This document shows, piece by piece, positions 61,267-64,000 of a stretch of 64,000 bases of DNA; positions within the stretch are counted from its first letter, which is position 1, and each line of letters starts with the position of its first letter. The stretch is from Fistulifera solaris (lineage: Eukaryota): the NCBI GenBank assembly GCA_030295235.1, contig AP026167.1, positions 434,001 to 498,000 on the forward strand. The letters are read 5' to 3'. The notes under the pieces are model-generated. The model was not told the DNA's origin. It saw only the letters and a program-made list of their open reading frames with translations, and did not search any database. The position numbers were made by a program, and so were the translations under genes.

Positions 61267-62133
61267 ATGATTGCCCCACAGATTCTCAGAAGATCATCGC
61301 GGACTCTTCTTTCGTCGACGTTCCTTGTGTCGAGTTGCCAAAAGTCACTTGATTCGTCGCGTCTCATGAGTAGTAGTAGTAGTAGTAGTAGTACTTCCGT
61401 ATCGGTTTTTCTCCAATCACTTCCTAATAGCGACACTTTTATTGGAAACGACATTACCGGTGCTATTGATAACTTGATGCAAGCCGATTGTGTTTGCTTT
61501 GATGTCGATTCCACTGTCGTCGATGAAGAAGGCATTGATGTCTTGGCAGATCACCTGGGACTCGGAGAAGCGGTGGCGGCCTTGACCAAACAAGCCATGG
61601 AAGGAGGATTGCCCTTTCAAGATGCCTTGGCGCAGCGTCTGGATCTTCTCAAGCCTTCCAAGCAGTCGATTGAAGAGTGTCTCGAGGCGCATCCGTTGCG
61701 ACTGACTCCCGGTGTGGCGGAATTCATTGGGGAATTGCATTCCCAAAACAAACACGTGTATCTGGTTTCAGGAGGATTTCGTATCATGATTGAACCGGTC
61801 GCTGAGATGCTCAATATTTCCGTCACTGATAACATTGTAGCGAATACAATTCTCTTTGACCAGGACGGTCAATACGCTGGATTCGATCCGAACGAACCAA
61901 CATCGAGGGATATGGGCAAACCCAAAGCATTACAACGAATTCAAGAAGCGGGTGGATACAAGACAATGATAATGATTGGTGATGGAGCGACGGATGCACA
62001 GGCCAAGCCACCAGCGGCTTCCTTCATTGGATTTGGGGGAGTGGCCCGTCGCGAGAAGGTGGTGCAATTGTCCGACTGGTTCGTCACCGACTTTGGTTTG
62101 CTGACGAAAGTGGTACGAGCGGCCGCAAAGTAA
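61267..62133 (+). CDS. PSPH: Phosphoserine phosphatase (HAD family, SerB/PSPH)
   Basis: CFDVDSTV..EEGID.LA, LTPGV, LVSGGF, GKPKA, MIGDGATD and FIGFGG. Confidence 0.95.
   Translation: MIAPQILRRSSRTLLSSTFLVSSCQKSLDSSRLMSSSSSSSSTSVSVFLQSLPNSDTFIGNDITGAIDNLMQADCVCFDVDSTVVDEEGIDVLADHLGLGEAVAALTKQAMEGGLPFQDALAQRLDLLKPSKQSIEECLEAHPLRLTPGVAEFIGELHSQNKHVYLVSGGFRIMIEPVAEMLNISVTDNIVANTILFDQDGQYAGFDPNEPTSRDMGKPKALQRIQEAGGYKTMIMIGDGATDAQAKPPAASFIGFGGVARREKVVQLSDWFVTDFGLLTKVVRAAAK
61369..61393 (+). repeat. (AGT)n microsatellite encoding poly-Ser
   Basis: About 8 AGT units, in frame within the PSPH presequence. Confidence 0.9.
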
Positions 62134-62265
62134 CAGGGAGAATCAGAAAAAGATCAAGTAATTTGGCAGTTTCTATCATATGACAATCGTCATATTCAAT
62201 TATATCTATGCTTAGAAAACTGTAGCCGGCCAAGAAACAACTCACATTTGAGCTTTATCCATCGT

Positions 62266-63945
62266 TCAAGTGTTTTTTGTTTGAAAATAGGCTTCCCGGA
62301 TGGTGGGATCCGTGGCGGCAAAGAGCAAGGCCGACATGCCGGTCATATCAGGAAGTTTCGACACCTTGAATAAAGGACTACGAAAGCGGATGCCCGTCTC
62401 GGTGTCCACAAGACCCAGTGACAACGCTGATTCCACATAAAATTGACCCATGGGTGAAGCGCGAGCGCCTTTGGCAGCTTTCACGCGCGTGTTCTGTGGC
62501 TTTTCACTGGAATACAGTTGCTCAAAGCGTGCCTTGACGTTGGTGGGAAGACTTTGACAGATAGTGAAGTGGTCAAACTTCATGTTGGAAACGGCGTGAT
62601 AGATTCCTTTCATTGAGGGAGGGTAACAAACAGCTCTTTTCAAGCGTTGTTGGGCCGGTAACGCAGCGCAATGGATGCAGCGAATGCCCACTTGACCGAG
62701 GATGATACGTTGACGGCGTCCTGGGGCTGGAGCATTGACATCGCTCGAGTCGGCTGCAAATACTTCGACTTGTTTGCGGATGAAGCAGTGGATTTCGTTC
62801 AAGTGCTGTTCGTCGCGTGGAGAAGATAGCAAAATGACACCAGCCCCTGGGGAAGGTTGTGGAGATAGAAGAGAAACATGCGTGTTGACTTGAGACACAC
62901 CTATCTTCTTGGGTGAAAGATAAGGTAACTTGACTTGCGTGATCCTACGTTTCTCTTCTTCCAAATTGAAGCGCGATTGGACAGTAGGAGAAAGTGCTTG
63001 AAGCATTCGAGGACGCTCATTCACAAGAAGAGGTTTCGGACTCATTTGATACTGCAACAACAATTTGGATACAGTAGAATCGCACAACGTAGGCGTGATA
63101 TGGCTGGTAGTCCTGGCTCGTTTTCTTGGAGGATCTGCTCTCGGTAGACTCTTCTGTAAGGCCAAGGTCAAAGCGGTAAGACTCTTTTCTTGATCTTTTT
63201 CTTTCGGAGTTGACACCTGATTTTTCATATAAACTCCTCCATCACGATCGATCATTCCCATCGATACCGCCGCATCATGATAATACTGGGCAGTCGAGGT
63301 AAACGATGACTTTCCAGCAGTCTTCTTTTTCTTCTTATCATGTTCTTTGTGAGACTTTTGACCTTCTCTCAGTTCACGGAGCTTGGCTCGCACGCTTTCT
63401 GGAAGACCCGCGCAGCGACTAAAGTGATCAAACTTCATATCACTGACTGCATGATAGACGCGCGCTACACTGGTCGGAAAGCAGACCGCCCGTTTCGCCC
63501 GTTGCGGTAAGTGGCGGCAATGAATGCAGCGCAAGCCGACTTGGTGCAAGCGGATTGGGTTCTTCCGTCCCGGAGCTCTCTGATCCATGTCGGCCTGTTC
63601 GACCATGAAGACTTCAATCTGCTGTCGAATGTATGAATGCAATGGTGGGAGAGCCGTCATGTCTTCACGCGGTTGTGCTAATAACCGGAAAGGTCGTTCG
63701 TCTCCTCCATCGGAAACGGTGCGCTTACGAGGATTTCTCTCTGAAGTGTTAGCCGAGTAATCGGGCACAGAAGGCTTTTGAAGAATTTCTGCACACAAAG
63801 ACTCGTCCGAAGATACGGTGGAGACCTCCGATTGATCCGAAACAGCGGGAGGGGAGTTTTTCTCGACACCATGGTTCTCAAAGAGGACTTGGCAGTTTTC
63901 CAAACGGATCGCTCGGGGCGTGAGCTGAGGATTCGAGTTCATCAT
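62266..63945 (-). CDS. Diatom-type protein with two 'QVGxRCIHC' domains (putative metal-binding/regulatory)
   Basis: Two copies of H.(Y/F)IR.Q.EVF...PGR......QVG.RCIHC......KRAVC(F/Y)P.S....YHAVS.MKFDHF..C. Confidence 0.75.
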   Translation of the reverse strand: MMNSNPQLTPRAIRLENCQVLFENHGVEKNSPPAVSDQSEVSTVSSDESLCAEILQKPSVPDYSANTSERNPRKRTVSDGGDERPFRLLAQPREDMTALPPLHSYIRQQIEVFMVEQADMDQRAPGRKNPIRLHQVGLRCIHCRHLPQRAKRAVCFPTSVARVYHAVSDMKFDHFSRCAGLPESVRAKLRELREGQKSHKEHDKKKKKTAGKSSFTSTAQYYHDAAVSMGMIDRDGGVYMKNQVSTPKEKDQEKSLTALTLALQKSLPRADPPRKRARTTSHITPTLCDSTVSKLLLQYQMSPKPLLVNERPRMLQALSPTVQSRFNLEEEKRRITQVKLPYLSPKKIGVSQVNTHVSLLSPQPSPGAGVILLSSPRDEQHLNEIHCFIRKQVEVFAADSSDVNAPAPGRRQRIILGQVGIRCIHCAALPAQQRLKRAVCYPPSMKGIYHAVSNMKFDHFTICQSLPTNVKARFEQLYSSEKPQNTRVKAAKGARASPMGQFYVESALSLGLVDTETGIRFRSPLFKVSKLPDMTGMSALLFAATDPTIREAYFQTKNT

Positions 63946-64000
63946 CGTGGCTTGTTGTATTCTTCTGAAATGGCTTCAGCGAATGTTTTCGCACTTCGAA

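Noticed and set aside
1..64000. CRISPR arrays, tRNA genes, transposons or prokaryotic operons
   Set aside because: None seen by eye. The sequence is intron-containing eukaryotic DNA with no repeat-spacer arrays or transposase/RT motifs.

Overview
Gene-dense eukaryotic nuclear DNA, almost certainly from a diatom. The evidence is bipartite plastid presequences with ASA-F/W-type cleavage sites, short GT-AG introns, a DUF6824-type protein, 'QVGIRCIHC' proteins and a diatom-like 5S rRNA. About 33 protein genes and one solitary 5S rRNA gene are supported. Housekeeping genes include UTP18, PCC1 (missing from the ORF track), ALG13, TBCD, beta-tubulin, COQ10, POLD3 and phosphoserine phosphatase. Secretory and glycosylation genes are strikingly common: a GH38 mannosidase, an SLC35 transporter, three O-fucosyltransferase-family paralogues, GT49, a luminal kinase, a fucosyltransferase-like protein and a sulfotransferase-like protein. 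The most interesting items are (1) a plastid-targeted HxxxD acyltransferase-transmembrane-lipocalin fusion, (2) an mTERF + NUMOD1-like + degenerate RNase H-like fusion, head-to-head with an HCF173-like gene, (3) a tandem pair of acidic RxL-motif, membrane-anchored proteins that resemble silica-associated proteins, (4) a conserved 6-nt micro-exon in two fucosyltransferase paralogues and (5) a palindromic TACCWGGTA motif recurring upstream of genes. Many genes carry single-base frameshifts, best read as assembly errors. All family assignments come from motif recognition by eye, not from database searches.
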